A stretch of DNA of 64,000 nt, taken from contig JBNZDD010013730.1 of the NCBI GenBank assembly GCA_050575255.1, positions 5,172,345 through 5,236,344 on the forward strand, in the 5' to 3' direction. The notes beneath the pieces are model-generated. The model had not been told where the DNA came from, did not search any database, and saw only the letters and a list, made by a program, of their open reading frames with translations. The stretch comes from Harriotta raleighana. Taxonomy: Eukaryota. Positions 11,660 to 24,483 of this stretch are shown here, in pieces (position 1 is the first letter of the stretch; the number at the start of each line of letters is the position of its first letter). The position numbers were made by a program, and so were the translations under genes.

Positions 11660-12120
11660 GTTTGAGTACCACCAGCAGAAGTCCACCAGATGGCTACATA
11701 CTCGGCTGAATCTACACACTCAGCTGCGTACCCGTCCAAGCCTACAAGGCGTTTCACGACCTTGCTTCATCCTACCTGTGAGACCCCATATCAACCTGCC
11801 CGCTCCCTCCGCTCAGTAGGCCTCCGGCCTGCTCCCAAGTCCCGCTGCCCAGCCCGCCCGACCATTGCTGATCAGGGCTTCAACCTCTCTGCCTTTAGAA
11901 CAGTCCCTTCGCCTTGCTCCCTCACTTGCCTCCTTCAAGAACCATCTCAATACCCATCTCTTCGACCGTGCCTTTGGCTAGCTTCCAGTCCCTACCATCC
12001 CTGCCCTCCACACCCTCTGATCCCAAAGCCCTGCTCGGATCCAAATTCCTGACTTTCCAGCGCCTTGGGATGTCCTTCCGACGTGAAATGTAATTTGTTG
12101 TGGTCGTTGTTTGACGTTGC
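11660..12120 (+). mobile_element. L2-clade LINE 3' fragment
   Basis: C-rich ORF2 end ('gctccctccgctc', 'ctccttcaag..cc.tctc') and 3' tail 'ccagcgccttgggatgtcc..cgacgtgaaatgtaatttgttgt'. Confidence 0.8.
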
Positions 12121-13380
12121 AATTCTAGCTACATGGTCGAACATGCCAGCTCTCATTTTCCCTGGGCCGTGCACAACTGCACATAAAACCTAAAGTTCCA
12201 TCCTCCGTAGCTCTAAAAGGCTTTAAAATTTTACGAGTAAAATGGGCAGAAATTATAAAAAGTTTTGGAAATTTTTTTATTGGGCAGAAATGATCTTAAA
12301 TGAACTCTTAAGGACCAGGGCAGCAAGTAAAGTAACCAATAGATTAGTGCCTCCATCTTTGATAATGTGACCAATGAGTCCACACACTCGAGATTAAGCA
12401 CTAGCGTTGCCAGGGGTAAAAGGGCACATAAGTACCACAGACACTACATTCACACACGTTCACAGCGTTTGTTTCTGGTTCCAAGAAGTAAAATGTTGTA
12501 TCATCTGCACTCTATTGCTATTCATGTTCAGTATTTCTTTAAATGTTGCAAAATTAAAGCATGATATTAATTCCTTTCAGTAGTGTGAAAGATTTGGAAG
12601 AAAATAGGCAGGCGGATTTTATGAATTAATATTTTTTTTCTTCCCTCTTGTTCCCCCCCCCTCCCCCCCCCTTCCCCAACCCCTACAGGGCCATCAACAT
12701 CAAATTGGAAAAGAAATACATCAAATATACCTTGTGCTCCTTCCGGAAGGTACTGCTGGTAGCAATCTTCTGCGTACTTCTCATCTCACCAACTACACCC
12801 TAACTGGTTTGGAGGTCAGCGTGCTTCCTCCAATGCATGCATCTCCCCTCAATTGCACTGTAACGAGATAAGATTATTGTAGCACACTTTGCTAGACAGA
12901 CAGACCTATCTTTTTAACGTTTGGAGGGGGTTCTCCACAGAGACATGGTTGAGGCGTGAGCAGCATTTCAAATGAGTCGCTGATCTGGACGGAGTGCTTG
13001 TGTTAATAGCATCGGTAACCGTCGATTTAAAGAATAGGCCAGGACCTCTGAGCCACCCGCCGACCGTCCGTCTCTCCAAAACATTTTCTCTCGTGAATAA
13101 ATGTTCTGCCCCAGAGGCCCTTGTAATGAATTCATTGTGGCATATTTTTGAATACTGTGTATTTACATGTAAAATGTCCAATTACCGGCGGACATTGTTT
13201 GCGCATTGATGGACGCAAAATGCAAAATGGTGTATTGATTTTTGCACAAAGTTGGATTGTGCTATTCCACGGAACTGCACAGAATGTAGCAAATGATGGC
13301 AATGTATTTGTAATGCCCTTCGTGTGNACGGAACTGCACAGAATGTAGCAAATGATGGCAATGTATTTGTAATGCCCTTT

Positions 13381-13440
13381 GTGTGTGTGTATGTGTGTGT
13401 GTGTGTGTGTGTGTTTGTGTGTGTATGTAAATGTATGTGT
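13381..13440. repeat. (GT)n microsatellite
   Basis: Seen directly; lies next to a 58-bp overlap at n 13327. Confidence 0.9.
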
Positions 13441-13829
13441 ACATGGGTTCTGTTGTTACATTGTGCATCCTTTTAACTCCTTTCCTTTGTTGACCAGCTC
13501 ATGTGAAGTACGGTACTCGCTACTTGATTTAACCAGAGGTTTTAACAACTCTTCACTGAATATTTTTCATTCGATTTTGGGGGGCACATGGTTATCCATT
13601 TTTTAATGTTTAAGGGTGACTGACTTCCAACAATGTTTCTATTAACCTTAGCCAAGTGCATGCATTTGATCTGCTTGTTGGGACTGTTGCTGAACAGTGT
13701 GACCATTGCCTTATGATGAATTGTTCACCATGTGTTAGTTAGGTGGGCTCATCCCATTCACACTGGAGGGCCTCAGTGAGATGCTTCCATTACTAGCCTC
13801 TGGGCTGCCTGTGATGATGTACCCACCTA

Positions 13830-14210
13830 TCTCTTTGACTTGCTGTCTCCCGACCAGCCTGCCTGCACCCTCCGTTCAGCAGACTCAGGCCTGCTCCGCG
13901 TCCACCTCCCTAACCACCCAACCGTCGATGGCCGGGCTTTCAGCCTCCACACTTTGTAACTCCATCCAGCAGTCTCTCCGCCTTGCTACCTCCCTTTCCT
14001 CCTTCAAGGCCGGTCTCAAGACTTTCCTCTTCGACCGCACCTTCGGCTCCCCCCCGCCTAACTCTTCCCCCTCTCCCATTCTCCTTCCCCCTCCCCCTAT
14101 CCCTAACACCTCCCCACCTTCTCTGCTCGGATCCCGACCTGACTGTTCAGCGCTTTGGGACGTCCTCCCGACATGAGAGGCGCTATACAAGTTTAATTTT
14201 GTTGTTGTAT
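13830..14210 (+). mobile_element. L2-clade LINE 3' fragment
   Basis: Translates to ...SLRLATSLSSFKAGLKTFLFDRTF, a typical L2 ORF2 C-terminus, followed by the shared 3' tail with (TTG)n. Confidence 0.85.
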
Positions 14211-15461
14211 TTAGCGAACAATTGAACTTTATACCTTAGCGTATAAAGCTACCTGCTTTCTCCTGAATCAGAATGTCTTGCATTAAATACCAGTGGGGAG
14301 CCTGAATTAAGTGATAATCCAAGTCTGGAACAGGCTGACGTAAAACAGTTTGCGTATTTTCCGAGAGCTCAACCTTGTGACTCGCTTTGAAATATCTATT
14401 TGTAATATGATCATTGCGAGGGCTGTGGTTTGCTGGTGGTCTTGTTAAACCATTGACTAGGGGAATAAAGGGTCCTGCTCCACTGAAACTGGAGGTAGAA
14501 TACTTAGAAGTCTCCAACTGAAGTCTCCAACTGACAATTAATCGTAAAGTGTGGTCCCAGCCAGAAGATCTTGCTTTTGTGGCTTGAGGAGTCCATGCAT
14601 TGGAGAAAAATCAGGTGAAAAGGCATTGTGAGGGTAAAAAGAAAGCAGATTTGATGTACAGTGAAAATTTTACTCAGTGTTGCCAATTGACAAATTGGTT
14701 CAGAATCCTAGAATTTTTCATCACAAACGGAGGCCATTCAGCCCATCGAGTCTGTGCCAACTCTTTGAAAAGAGCTATTCAAAATCAATCCCACTCCCCG
14801 GCAGAGGTGTTTTTAAGACTTCAAACTACTTGATGCAATTTTCTTAGGGGGCTCGTCACTGACGGTAAGTTTAATAAGTGCGCATGCGTTACACCGACGT
14901 TAAAAATGCCTCTGCTCCCCGGCTCTCTCCTCATAACCCCGCAAACCCGTCCTCCCCAATTAACCATCCACCTCTCTTTCAAAAGTTGTTATCGAATCGG
15001 CCTCCAACACCCTTTCAGACAATGCTTTCCAGATTGGAACAACTTGCTCGAAGTGAGTCACGGAATTGTAGCACAGAAACATCTCTGGAGCATGAGTCGG
15101 AGCCCATTGACTATTCCACAGAACGTTATGCTTGAAGAACTGAGGTTTTCAGAGCACAAATGTTAAGGTGGCCAAGACGATATGGAATGACTTTTATGAA
15201 TGCTTCTGAAGCCCACACTTCTCATGACAGCTGGCACTCTTTGTTTTCATGCGCTGAAATTCATTTCTGTGATTTGCAGTGATAAAGAATATTGGGTATT
15301 GATAAAAGTCCACGATTCCTACGTCTAGTCTGTCAACGAAAGCAGGATTGTTTTTAGCAATAAGAAATAGAGTAAAGATAATACACGAAAATGGACACAC
15401 ATTAAGAAAAAAATGTAAATGTTACCTTCCAAATTATATTTTTTCCAACTTTTATTTTCAG

Positions 15462-15739
15462 GCAGGATGCAGTGGAAACCTCCGCTAAGGATTGCGAAAA
15501 CACTCCCTACAGTATCACCATCTGCAAATATGCCTATCAGACGCTCCATCTCCTGCCCTCGTTCATTCGCTACCTTGGGAGGACAATCTGCATTACCAGA
15601 GCCTCGGGCATTTTCTGCCAAATTCGCAGCCCTTGCATCCAGAACCCCTTCCGGTGTGAGGTCTCAGTCTCTCAATCGTAACACAACCATACAACGAGTG
15701 CCTCAGTGTAACAGCCTGAGCACTGTCCGTTCCGTAGCG
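15462..15739 (+). CDS. TTLL7: TTLL7 exon H: (S)RMQWKPPLRIAKTLPTVSPSANMPIRRSISCPRSFATLGGQSALPEPRAFSAKFAALASRTPSGVRSQSLNRNTTIQRVPQCNSLSTVRSVA
   Basis: ttttcag|GC acceptor and gtaagc donor at 15740; 278 nt, phase 1/0. IRRSISCPRS, RAFSA and RSQSLNR match recalled TTLL7 IRRSVSCPRS, RPFSA and RSHSLNR. Confidence 0.9.
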
Positions 15740-15756
15740 GTAAGCAGTAATTCAGA

Positions 15757-15822
15757 CTGTCCAGCGCCTCGGGGCGTCACGTGAAAGGCGCTATACAAAT
15801 GTAATTTTGTTATTGTTGTTGT
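15757..15822 (+). mobile_element. L2 3' tail (extremely 5'-truncated)
   Basis: 'ctgtccagcgcctcggggcgtcacgtgaaaggcgctatacaaatgtaattttgttattgttgttg'. Similar short tails lie on the minus strand at about 2817-2860, 5761-5830, 8695-8756, 17724-17770, 23058-23100 and 34520-34598, and on the plus strand at 61310-61385. Confidence 0.8.
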
Positions 15823-17341
15823 CTTTGTAAAATCCTAAATAGCCTATCAATACAGCTAACTAGAATCAAAGACTATCTCCTTTCATGTGTTTGATTTAGA
15901 TGTCTAGCTAGCTCAGTACAGTTTTAATAAAATAAAATAAACGAGTCATTGATAGAGCTTGTATATGTACCAGTTTTAAACGTGTAAAGCATGAGCTTGT
16001 TTTGAAGCTGACATAGTAGCAGAACGAGTGTTTTGGTTTGTAAAATTGCAAATTTCAAATGTTGGAATTTTCCCCCATACAAAGATAAGGGGTTTGTTTC
16101 TGAGACATTGCTGGGTGAAAAATCGCTTACAAAATGCATAGACACCAGACTAAATCGTCAGAACAGTAAATCACTACAATAAAAAAGTGCTTTGAGACAT
16201 TTTGACAATGTGGCAAAGTACAATATCAAATGCAAGGGATTATACATTTCCTGTTTGCTAAATCTACCAAGCATTTTCTTCTTTGCTTTTGGCAAACTGC
16301 TGAAGGCTTGATTAGGCATGCCTGTAAAAGCTGACTTAGTATCTTAATTCAAATACCTTGAAATGAATTTAACTAAAGTTACTAAGTGCATCCACGTTTT
16401 CGGATATTGATTTCCTCTTGCAGATACTCACAGCAGGAAGGCTGCTATTGCTCATCGCCGATTCTGTATTTTATACGTTACCACTCAAAAAGCTAATGGC
16501 ATGTTCTCACATTTGTTACATCTTTATATAAAGAAATAACACAGTGCTTTTACTTTGCAGCAACTCTGCATTGCATTATCAGCAAAGTATACCCCTCTTT
16601 AACCTCAACACTTGTATTTTTCCTATAGTCCAGGAATGGACATATTGGGTCACAATACTGCTAAATTGTATGCAGCTGTCCTTTGAAGATGACTAATATA
16701 CAAGAATAGATTCAATGTGTAGTCCTTTATCATTGATCAAATATCTAGTTACACCCCTGAATATGTACCTTTTAATTATTCATTTGGATAGATTTCTAAG
16801 CATTCATACCCAGCCTTCTGTATACTCTTCCTGACGAGGAACTCTAATTCTGGTTCCATTCTTATCCTAACTCACACATGTTTTTAAAAGTTGTTCATAA
16901 ATAAAAAGGCCAATGATCGCAAGATTCTGGATTCGTCTAAATTTGGCTTTTAATCATAAGATATGATGAGCAAATGCCTTCAATTAAACCACTCCAGCTA
17001 GATTTAAAAAAACAACAGACTGAAGCTCATAGAACACTTTTTCAATGAAATACAGTGTTATTTGTACTGTACAAAATAGCACACAGCTTATTCACCTAGC
17101 TCCAGCCCAGCACTGCTGCCTCTAAGTAAGAGTTTATTAATAGGGCTGGAAGATATTTACTATTGACACATCGTAAAACACTTAGTGTTCTAAACGTTTT
17201 TAAACGTTCATTATCATGAAATCCCGAATCGCCAGTTCTCAGCATGTTTCTGATCAGAATGTTTTTGTTGGCTGTGTGGGGTATGATCCATGAACTCAAA
17301 TTAATGTACTGTATTTTTATTCCTCCCATATTTTTCTTTAG

Positions 17342-17476
17342 GGAGTTTCCTTTCTGAATTTCAGAACAAAGGAGCAAGAAGAAGAGCTGACAAAACAGAG
17401 TTTGATTTCCCTCAACGAGCTGACAATCAGGTTCCCTGGGAAAACAGTGGAAGAGTCTGAAGTGCTGCTGGATGAT
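17342..17476 (+). CDS. TTLL7: TTLL7 exon I: GVSFLNFRTKEQEEELTKQSLISLNELTIRFPGKTVEESEVLLDD
   Basis: tctttag|GGA acceptor and gttagt donor; 135 nt, phase 0/0. Contains TKEQE..LT.Q and IRFPGK. Confidence 0.92.
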
Positions 17477-17799
17477 GTTAGTGTTGAATGCCTATTGTTT
17501 TGGATTGGGTCTCACTGCTAACTCTGGGAAGCAAAGTGCTGGGAGAGCTATTCAGGTCCATCGTTCGTTCATTCCAAAGGCAACATAGCCCGATAACAAA
17601 CACATGAAGGAAAGGATTCCATCAAAACTTGTCCCCCAAAAAATCCAGCATCGCATTAAAAATGTTAAAAACAAATGTTCCTTTACTCTGGGTGAATGGG
17701 TAGAGTTCCTCTTTGGAGATATCATCAATCAATCAAAATTTTATTTATATAGCGCCTTTCACGTCGGGAGGATATCATATGCTTGTTTAAAAATAAGTG

Positions 17800-18190
17800 C
17801 CTGGGCTCCTGATGGTTGCGTGCATAAAGGCACCATTCGATATGATCCAAAGTCTGTGCTGAATTAGCTGATCTCAATTCAGAGTGTTACAGTCACTGCA
17901 GTAGATATTAGTGTCGCTGAGCTAGAGAGGATATATCAGCTGAGGAATTAATTCTGATCACTAGGCAGTAACATTTGCTGGTGTGTGTGTGTGTGCGCAC
18001 GTGTGTGTGAGAGAAAGAGAGAGAGAAACACAATAGGGCTGAGATATGATGTTCCCACTGCTGAGCAGCTTGCAGACATTCACTAAGTACGCTCAAAAAT
18101 AAAGAATAGCCAATTGGGTGAGGTACCAGAGGGCTATTGTCAACTGTGGAATTATGTACAAGTATGAATCAGTGCTTTAGGATAGGAGAG
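17800..18190 (+). mobile_element. SINE family 2, decayed copy
   Basis: 'gctcctgatgg...gtctgtgctgaattagctgatctc...gaatagccaattgggtgaggtaccagaggg'. Confidence 0.5.
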
Positions 18191-18648
18191 GGAAAGAAAA
18201 AAAGGCAATCATATTGGGTGTTGTTGTCTCATTGTTTATGTGCGTGTTGAGATACCAATATAATTGCACTTTTCAATGTCTGCCAGGGCAGATAATAAAT
18301 TATTGTTGGGCTTTCTTTCTAGAAGGTTCTGTCCTTCAATGTATCTGATTTTAATTCAGCTCTGTTGTAGCTTTTGGAATTGAATGCAACTATCTGAGAG
18401 ACAACCACTTTAATTAGTAGTAATGATGAGTAAAGGCATTGTGGAAAATTCCAATTTGGTGTAAAGGCCAAGCGCTTTGAAATTAATCCTTTTATCATAC
18501 CTTCTGAAGAAGCAAAAAAGGTCTGGAGAGTGAAGCATTTTTCACATAACAATTCTATTCGGTTGAACTCAAAAGGACTGGCAAGATCAAAGCATTGATA
18601 TCAAAGGGCTTATCTCTTAAAACACCATTGAATTATTTTCTGTCTTTC

Positions 18649-18993
18649 TTCCTGTAATTCTTAAAGTGGCATAGTACGAGGACAAGTAGGTTTTTTAATG
18701 CACTTATGAATATGTCCAACCTATTCATCCTCACCCAAGAGACACTTTGGACAGAATACGTATTATTTTCAGTGGTCTTTTTGATACACTGTTAGTGAAA
18801 AGATTGAAGGGGCAGCGTTTTTCCTGTAATTCTTAAAGTGGCATAGTACGAGGACAAGTAGGTTTTTTAATGCACTTATGAATATGTCCAACCTATTCAT
18901 CCTCACCCAAGAGACACTTTGGACAGAATACGTATTATTTTCAGTGGTCTTTTTGATACACTGTTAGTGAAAAGATTGAAGGGGCAGCGTTTT
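18649..18993. repeat. 172-bp direct tandem duplication
   Basis: Units start at 18649 and 18821 and are identical by eye; there is no n at the junction. Confidence 0.9.
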
Positions 18994-19089
18994 CTACAGA
19001 GAATCTGCACTACAGCTGGGATAGTGTTACTTTGAAAAAAAATCTTTGGCAAACATCTTCCTTTTCAAATTCCTTGCAATTCTACATGA

Positions 19090-19830
19090 TTGCTCTGCTA
19101 TTTCTACCCTCAGGCTGCTGAGATATTCATCCGCGCGTTCATTCCTTCCACACTTGACTTTGCTAACTCCCTGCTCGACGGACTTCCCAACTTTTCCCTC
19201 CATCGGGAACTCTACAACTCGTGTCCCCTCCCACACTCAGCTCCATGACCCATTCACGCTCACCCGGCTTCACTGGCTCCCCATCCCCCAGACAAGGTTC
19301 AAAATCATCGACCTCAGCTTTAAAATCCTCCGCGNAGAACTCTACAACTCGTGTCCCCTCCCACACTCAGCTCCATGACCCATTCACGCTCACCCGGCTT
19401 CACTGGCTCCCCATCCCCCAGACAAGGTTCAAAATCATCGACCTCAGCTTTAAAGTCTTGCTTCTCCCTACCACTGTGAATTTTACCAACCTCCCCGCTC
19501 TCTCCAGTCGGTGGGTGCTCACCTGCTCCAGATCCCCTTCCGCCTCGCCCCCTCCCTTGCCTCCTTCAAGGCCTGTCTTAAGACCTTCCTATTCGACTGT
19601 GCCTTCAGTCATGTTCCCATCCCCTCCACTCTCCTTGATTCCAACCCCTCACTTGGGTACAAACCCTTCACTGTCCAGCGCGTTGGGACGTTCTCCTGAT
19701 GTGAAAATGTAATTTGTTGTTTTGTTGTTGCTTTTACATNGTACAAACCCTTCACTGTCCAGCGCGTTGGGACGTTCTCCTGATGTGAAAGGCGCTGCAA
19801 AAATGTAATTTGTTGTTTTGTTGTTGCTTT
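19090..19830 (+). mobile_element. L2-clade LINE 3' fragment (includes assembly overlaps at n 19335 and 19740)
   Basis: Translates to LTRLHWLPIPQTRFKI (the LHWLP motif of L2 ORF2) and SLASFKACLKTFLFDCAF; same 3' tail. Confidence 0.88.
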
Positions 19831-21459
19831 TACATGATCTTTCAGCTTTGCAGTTCTGTAGTGTAACTGCACAGTATCTCTTTTGTGTTTTCTGTTGTTG
19901 AGAACACTAATCTTGTCCTGTGAATTAAAAAAAAATGCTGCTGAAAGGCTGACTCTCAGTNGAATTAAAAAAAAATGCTGCTGAAAGGCCTGCCTGATAC
20001 TGATCATGAACATTAACATTTTAAAAAGTTCACTCCTGCCAGTTATACTTCACCTCAACTCACTTTCCAAACTGCAAGTAGATGGGAGGGTTTTTGGATG
20101 TGAAGTGATTGAACGGACAAGAAAACATCTTTTGTTAGCTGGCCTATTAAGCATTTGCCCTTCAGCTCAAGTAATGTTGTATCTGTGATGTTTGTTCTGG
20201 GTTTCATTAAGAACGGGAAAGCATTCTTTACTAGTCTGGAATGTTTACTTGGTTGATAATGTCAGACTTTGAACAGTGTGATTTATAGTACAGCAAAAGA
20301 ACAATCGAGCTGAGTTCGCTTTGCATTAATTCCAATGCTTGCAGTGGGGGTAATTCAAAATGCATATAACAGAGCAGCATGCTGCAGTGAACCACCATAC
20401 ATTGAGTGGTAACATGTGGATTTATACCCCAGGTTCTGGACACAGTGTGATCCCACTCTCAGTTGTCAGTGAGCGAAAGAAAATTGGCAGAATGTCTCCA
20501 CCATGCAGTTATCTGGAGAATGGAATGATTGCCAGAGCCCTGGGAATAGGTGGCTGTCCATCTCTTAGCAAAGGATGCTGCTTGACTGAACAGAAACATT
20601 GAAGGAAAAGAATAAAACAAATCAACCTACTAATAATATAGTAAAAAAAAACTCTGAACATAGTAATTTATGTGAGCACCATTTTGTTAACGGTCTGTAA
20701 TTCTGTGACCAATATCCCAGAAATAACACCACCTTGTGGTAATGTTTCTTAATAACACACGAGTTAGTGCAGGGGGGCAATAATGGCAATGTTTATAAAT
20801 TGTGTATGTGTGTAGGAGAAATACACCTGATGACTAAATAAATAACCTCTGCTGTTCAGCAAAATGCAGCATTTGTTTTGCCCTGCAACTGTAGTAAAAG
20901 GCAGGTTGCATAGCAAATTGAAATTTATTAATAAAATTTATCCATTGCAAATTCACTCTCCGAACTCTTAAACTTACCAGTTCTTAAATTTCCTTTTAAA
21001 TAAGAATAGAACAGCCACTTAAAATTATCCCCAGGCGTCTTCTCTCAGCTGAATTGTCGGGTTGATTCTAATCAGAGGGTTTCCAACTCAATCATGTCTC
21101 CTACAAGATCGGGGAAGGAGGCGGTTGAAATTAAACATTGACTTTACCACCTCAAATTTAACTGCTGTATACACACAAGAATTAGGTGGCTGGGAGATTA
21201 GAGCTTGTACATTATACCTGGGACATTGATTTAATCAAGTGATACTTTATTTTAGCGGGAGCACTTTTGCAGTCCATTTTACTGCTCGTCAAAGCAGCTT
21301 GACTGCACTCTGGGAGATTTTTTACAGAGATCAGGCATTGTGATTAAAAACATATCCAAAGGCCCAAGGCTATCCTCAATCCTGAATCGCTTTTCAAAAG
21401 AAAGAAAGTAAAGTTTTGATTCCCCTACAAATAAGTCCATGTTGAATTTGTAAGAGGCA

Positions 21460-21612
21460 AGAGGAACTAGATCTTTATTTAGGAAGAGCAGGTCTGTTAG
21501 GTTATGGGGAGAAAGCTGGGCAGTGGGATTGAGTTGCTCTGTTCAAAGAGCCGGCGTAGACTAGATGGGCCGAATGGCCTCCTTTTGTGCTGTATAATTC
21601 TATGATTCTATA
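21460..21612 (+). mobile_element. CR1-clade LINE 3' end
   Basis: 'ggttatggggagaaagctgg...gatgggccgaatggcctcctt..gtgctgt..(attctatg)n'; a matching copy lies at 60670-60901. Confidence 0.85.
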
Positions 21613-21726
21613 AGAGCATTTTGTGTACTTTTGTAACTTTTCTCCCAATCATTATTTTAACAGTTAACCTGTCTTTGCTTTGTCTCTACTTGTTCTCGCC
21701 TGTAACTTTCCTTACTCCCTCTACAG

Positions 21727-21807
21727 ATCTCGGACAACTGGAAGTATCACAAATCAAAAGTAGCTTCGTACTGGCTTGTCAAACTGGATTCCATCAAGCA
21801 GCGTAAG
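21727..21807 (+). CDS. TTLL7: TTLL7 exon J: ISDNWKYHKSKVASYWLVKLDSIKQRK
   Basis: ctacag|ATC acceptor and gtaagt donor; 81 nt, phase 0/0. Near-identical to recalled TTLL7. Confidence 0.96.
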
Positions 21808-23292
21808 GTAAGTCACTGTTTTCCTTTTACAGGGTGTTTGCAAATTCCTGTTACCCCAAATTTTTTTAAATGTATACACACACTGACCAACAACTGAAAC
21901 GTGTGGAAGAACGATGACAATTTTTTTTTTAGAAGCACTTAATTGTACTGTATTCAGTACAAGTGTTTAACTGTATTTAGACGGCCAGAGGATCAATATG
22001 AGCACCATTATTTTGATGGCAGATAATATCTTGTCGCCTTGTTTAGTGCAGCAACTTCTGCAACATGGATGGAGCGAGTGACGGGGAAGGTGCTGGGATT
22101 AGACAATGTTACACTCGACTCATCTGCAACAGAAAATAAAAATTAATCATTGTAAGAGAAAAAACAGGGGGTGAGGTTCACAGGATTTTGTGAGCGTCCT
22201 GTAGATCAATAATACTGGCACCATTGATTGCCGCAGTTGGCATCTCAACCAGGATTTTTATATGAAATAATCTGTTTGGTTAATATTGCAAATGCAAAAA
22301 TATTCCCTTTACTCGGTAGATTCCTGTGATTCTACATTTTAGCCAGCAGTACATACTGTAGATGCAAGTTATTTTTAACTTGCTTTTGTCAGAAAACACT
22401 GGCATGCTCTGTGAGCTTGACATTGGGGTTAATTTGTCGATTCATTATCCCCTGCTGCACAGTGTATTCACACAAAAAAAAACAGGTTATCTCCCCAGGG
22501 ACACAAACTTCCAGCAGCTTCTGCTTATGTGTGAAAGACTCGCACATATTGTGCAACCCAGGAGCAGCCGGAGAGAGTGAGTTATGACATTTTTTCGTGT
22601 GACTGAGAAAACACCTGGAACCGGCTGTGGTTGGAGAGATGCTCTCTTTGTCTGTAAGATTAAGCTTCACGTAGAGCCAAAAGCATGTCTTTAAAGGGAT
22701 TCTGGAAGCCTGCCAGCCCTTTACATGTGTGAATGATGAGGTTGGATTTTCACATGTGTGCCTGCAGGCAGTGAGATCACCAGTCTGTCTGTAGAATAAA
22801 TACAGACAACGTGTGCAGAAAAAGTTTATGAAAATAAGCAACTCAGCGACTGACATCAGGGTACAGAATGCCTAAGTGCAGTCAAATGAGGTCCCTTGGT
22901 GTCACAAGTGTTCTTTGGCTTGAAGTAATTGATTCCCAGTCAGGCAGTTATTGATGGGAAGTTTTCTCTGTTTGTAGTGGACACTATTAATCAGTTTTTA
23001 AGGAACAGGCAGTTCAGTGGATTGATAGTGCCATCCACATGCTAGGGAGTAACTCTACAACAACATCAAATTACATTTATATAACGCCTTTCACATCGAG
23101 ATCAATAGTAGAAATCTGTTCTTTCTGTAGTTAGCAATATAAAATGACTATGGTCATAGTGGAGGAGTACAGAGGGAATACATAAACATTGAAGTGCTTA
23201 TAATGTTATAACCAACAGCCTGAATATCAATTCTTTTATGTTTCATGATTTATTTTTGAATGATTAATGTCAGTTTTCTTTATAATGAGCTA

Positions 23293-24483
23293 ATGGTTCA
23301 TTTGAAGTGCAAGTCAGTTTAGCCTTGACTGTCCGTGAACAGTTGGCAGTAGACACCAAGTTGTTTTAATGCTTTTAACTTTTATGGTGAATTCTCCCAC
23401 TCACAAAAAGCAACCAGTTTAACCTCCCCAGTTTTGCCTGCTAAATATGTTGTTTGACTACAGCAGGGTATACAAGATTTTGTTGGTAGAGAACATCCTC
23501 TGTTATTTAACTGAATCCCTGTTCAGATTGGGATCAACGTCTTGCATTTATATAGCGCGTTTCACGCGATCTGGAGCCTCAATCTTTCTTCCTGGCAGCC
23601 AGCCATTGCTCATCCTTCCTCGGTAACAAGAAGAATAAAAGTACACTTGTAGTGCCTTTCACGTCAGGAGGACGTCCCAGGGCCCTGGACAGTCATTGTT
23701 TCCGACCTGAGCTGGGGTCGGGGATGGGTAAAGAAAACAACCTGTTATCTGCCCTGAAATTCCCCATTAATTCTCAGCGAAAGTCAAAAGGAGTTTATGC
23801 AAGTTTTCAATATTGATCGGAGCAGCACAACACCCCGGGAATTATCACCTCGGACTCCACGTTTGTCTTTTAAAAAAAAAAAAACATNATGGTTCATTTG
23901 AAGTGCAAGTCAGTTTAGCCTTGACTGTCCGTGAACAGTTGGCAGTAGACACCAAGTTGTTTTAATGCTTTTAACTTTTATGGTGAATTCTCCCACTCAC
24001 AAAAAGCAACCAGTTTAACCTCCCCAGTTTTGCCTGCTAAATATGTTGTTTGACTACAGCAGGGTATACAAGATTTTGTTGGTAGAGAACATCCTCTGTT
24101 ATTTAACTGAATCCCTGTTCAGATTGGGATCAACGTCTTGCATTTATATAGCGCGTTTCACGCGATCTGGAGCCTCAATCTTTCTTCCTGGCAGCCAGCC
24201 ATTGCTCATCCTTCCTCGGTAACAAGAAGAATAAAAGTACACTTGTAGTGCCTTTCACGTCAGGAGGACGTCCCAGGGCCCTGGACAGTCATTGTTTCCG
24301 ACCTGAGCTGGGGTCGGGGATGGGTAAAGAAAACAACCTGTTATCTGCCCTGAAATTCCCCATTAATTCTCAGCGAAAGTCAAAAGGAGTTTATGCAAGT
24401 TTTCAATATTCATCGGAGCAGCACAACACCCCGGGAATTATCACCTCGGACTCCACGTTTGTCTTTTTTTAAAAAAAAAACAT
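23293..24483. repeat. About 595-bp duplication across a single n (23888); probable assembly overlap
   Basis: The copies differ by one SNP (tattga/tattca) and in the T/A run. Confidence 0.9.

Noticed and set aside
14507-14532. 13-bp tandem duplication gaagtctccaact
   Set aside because: An ordinary slippage event with no evident consequence.
22389-22856. 155-aa minus-strand ORF
   Set aside because: No protein motif; the composition looks like non-coding intron.
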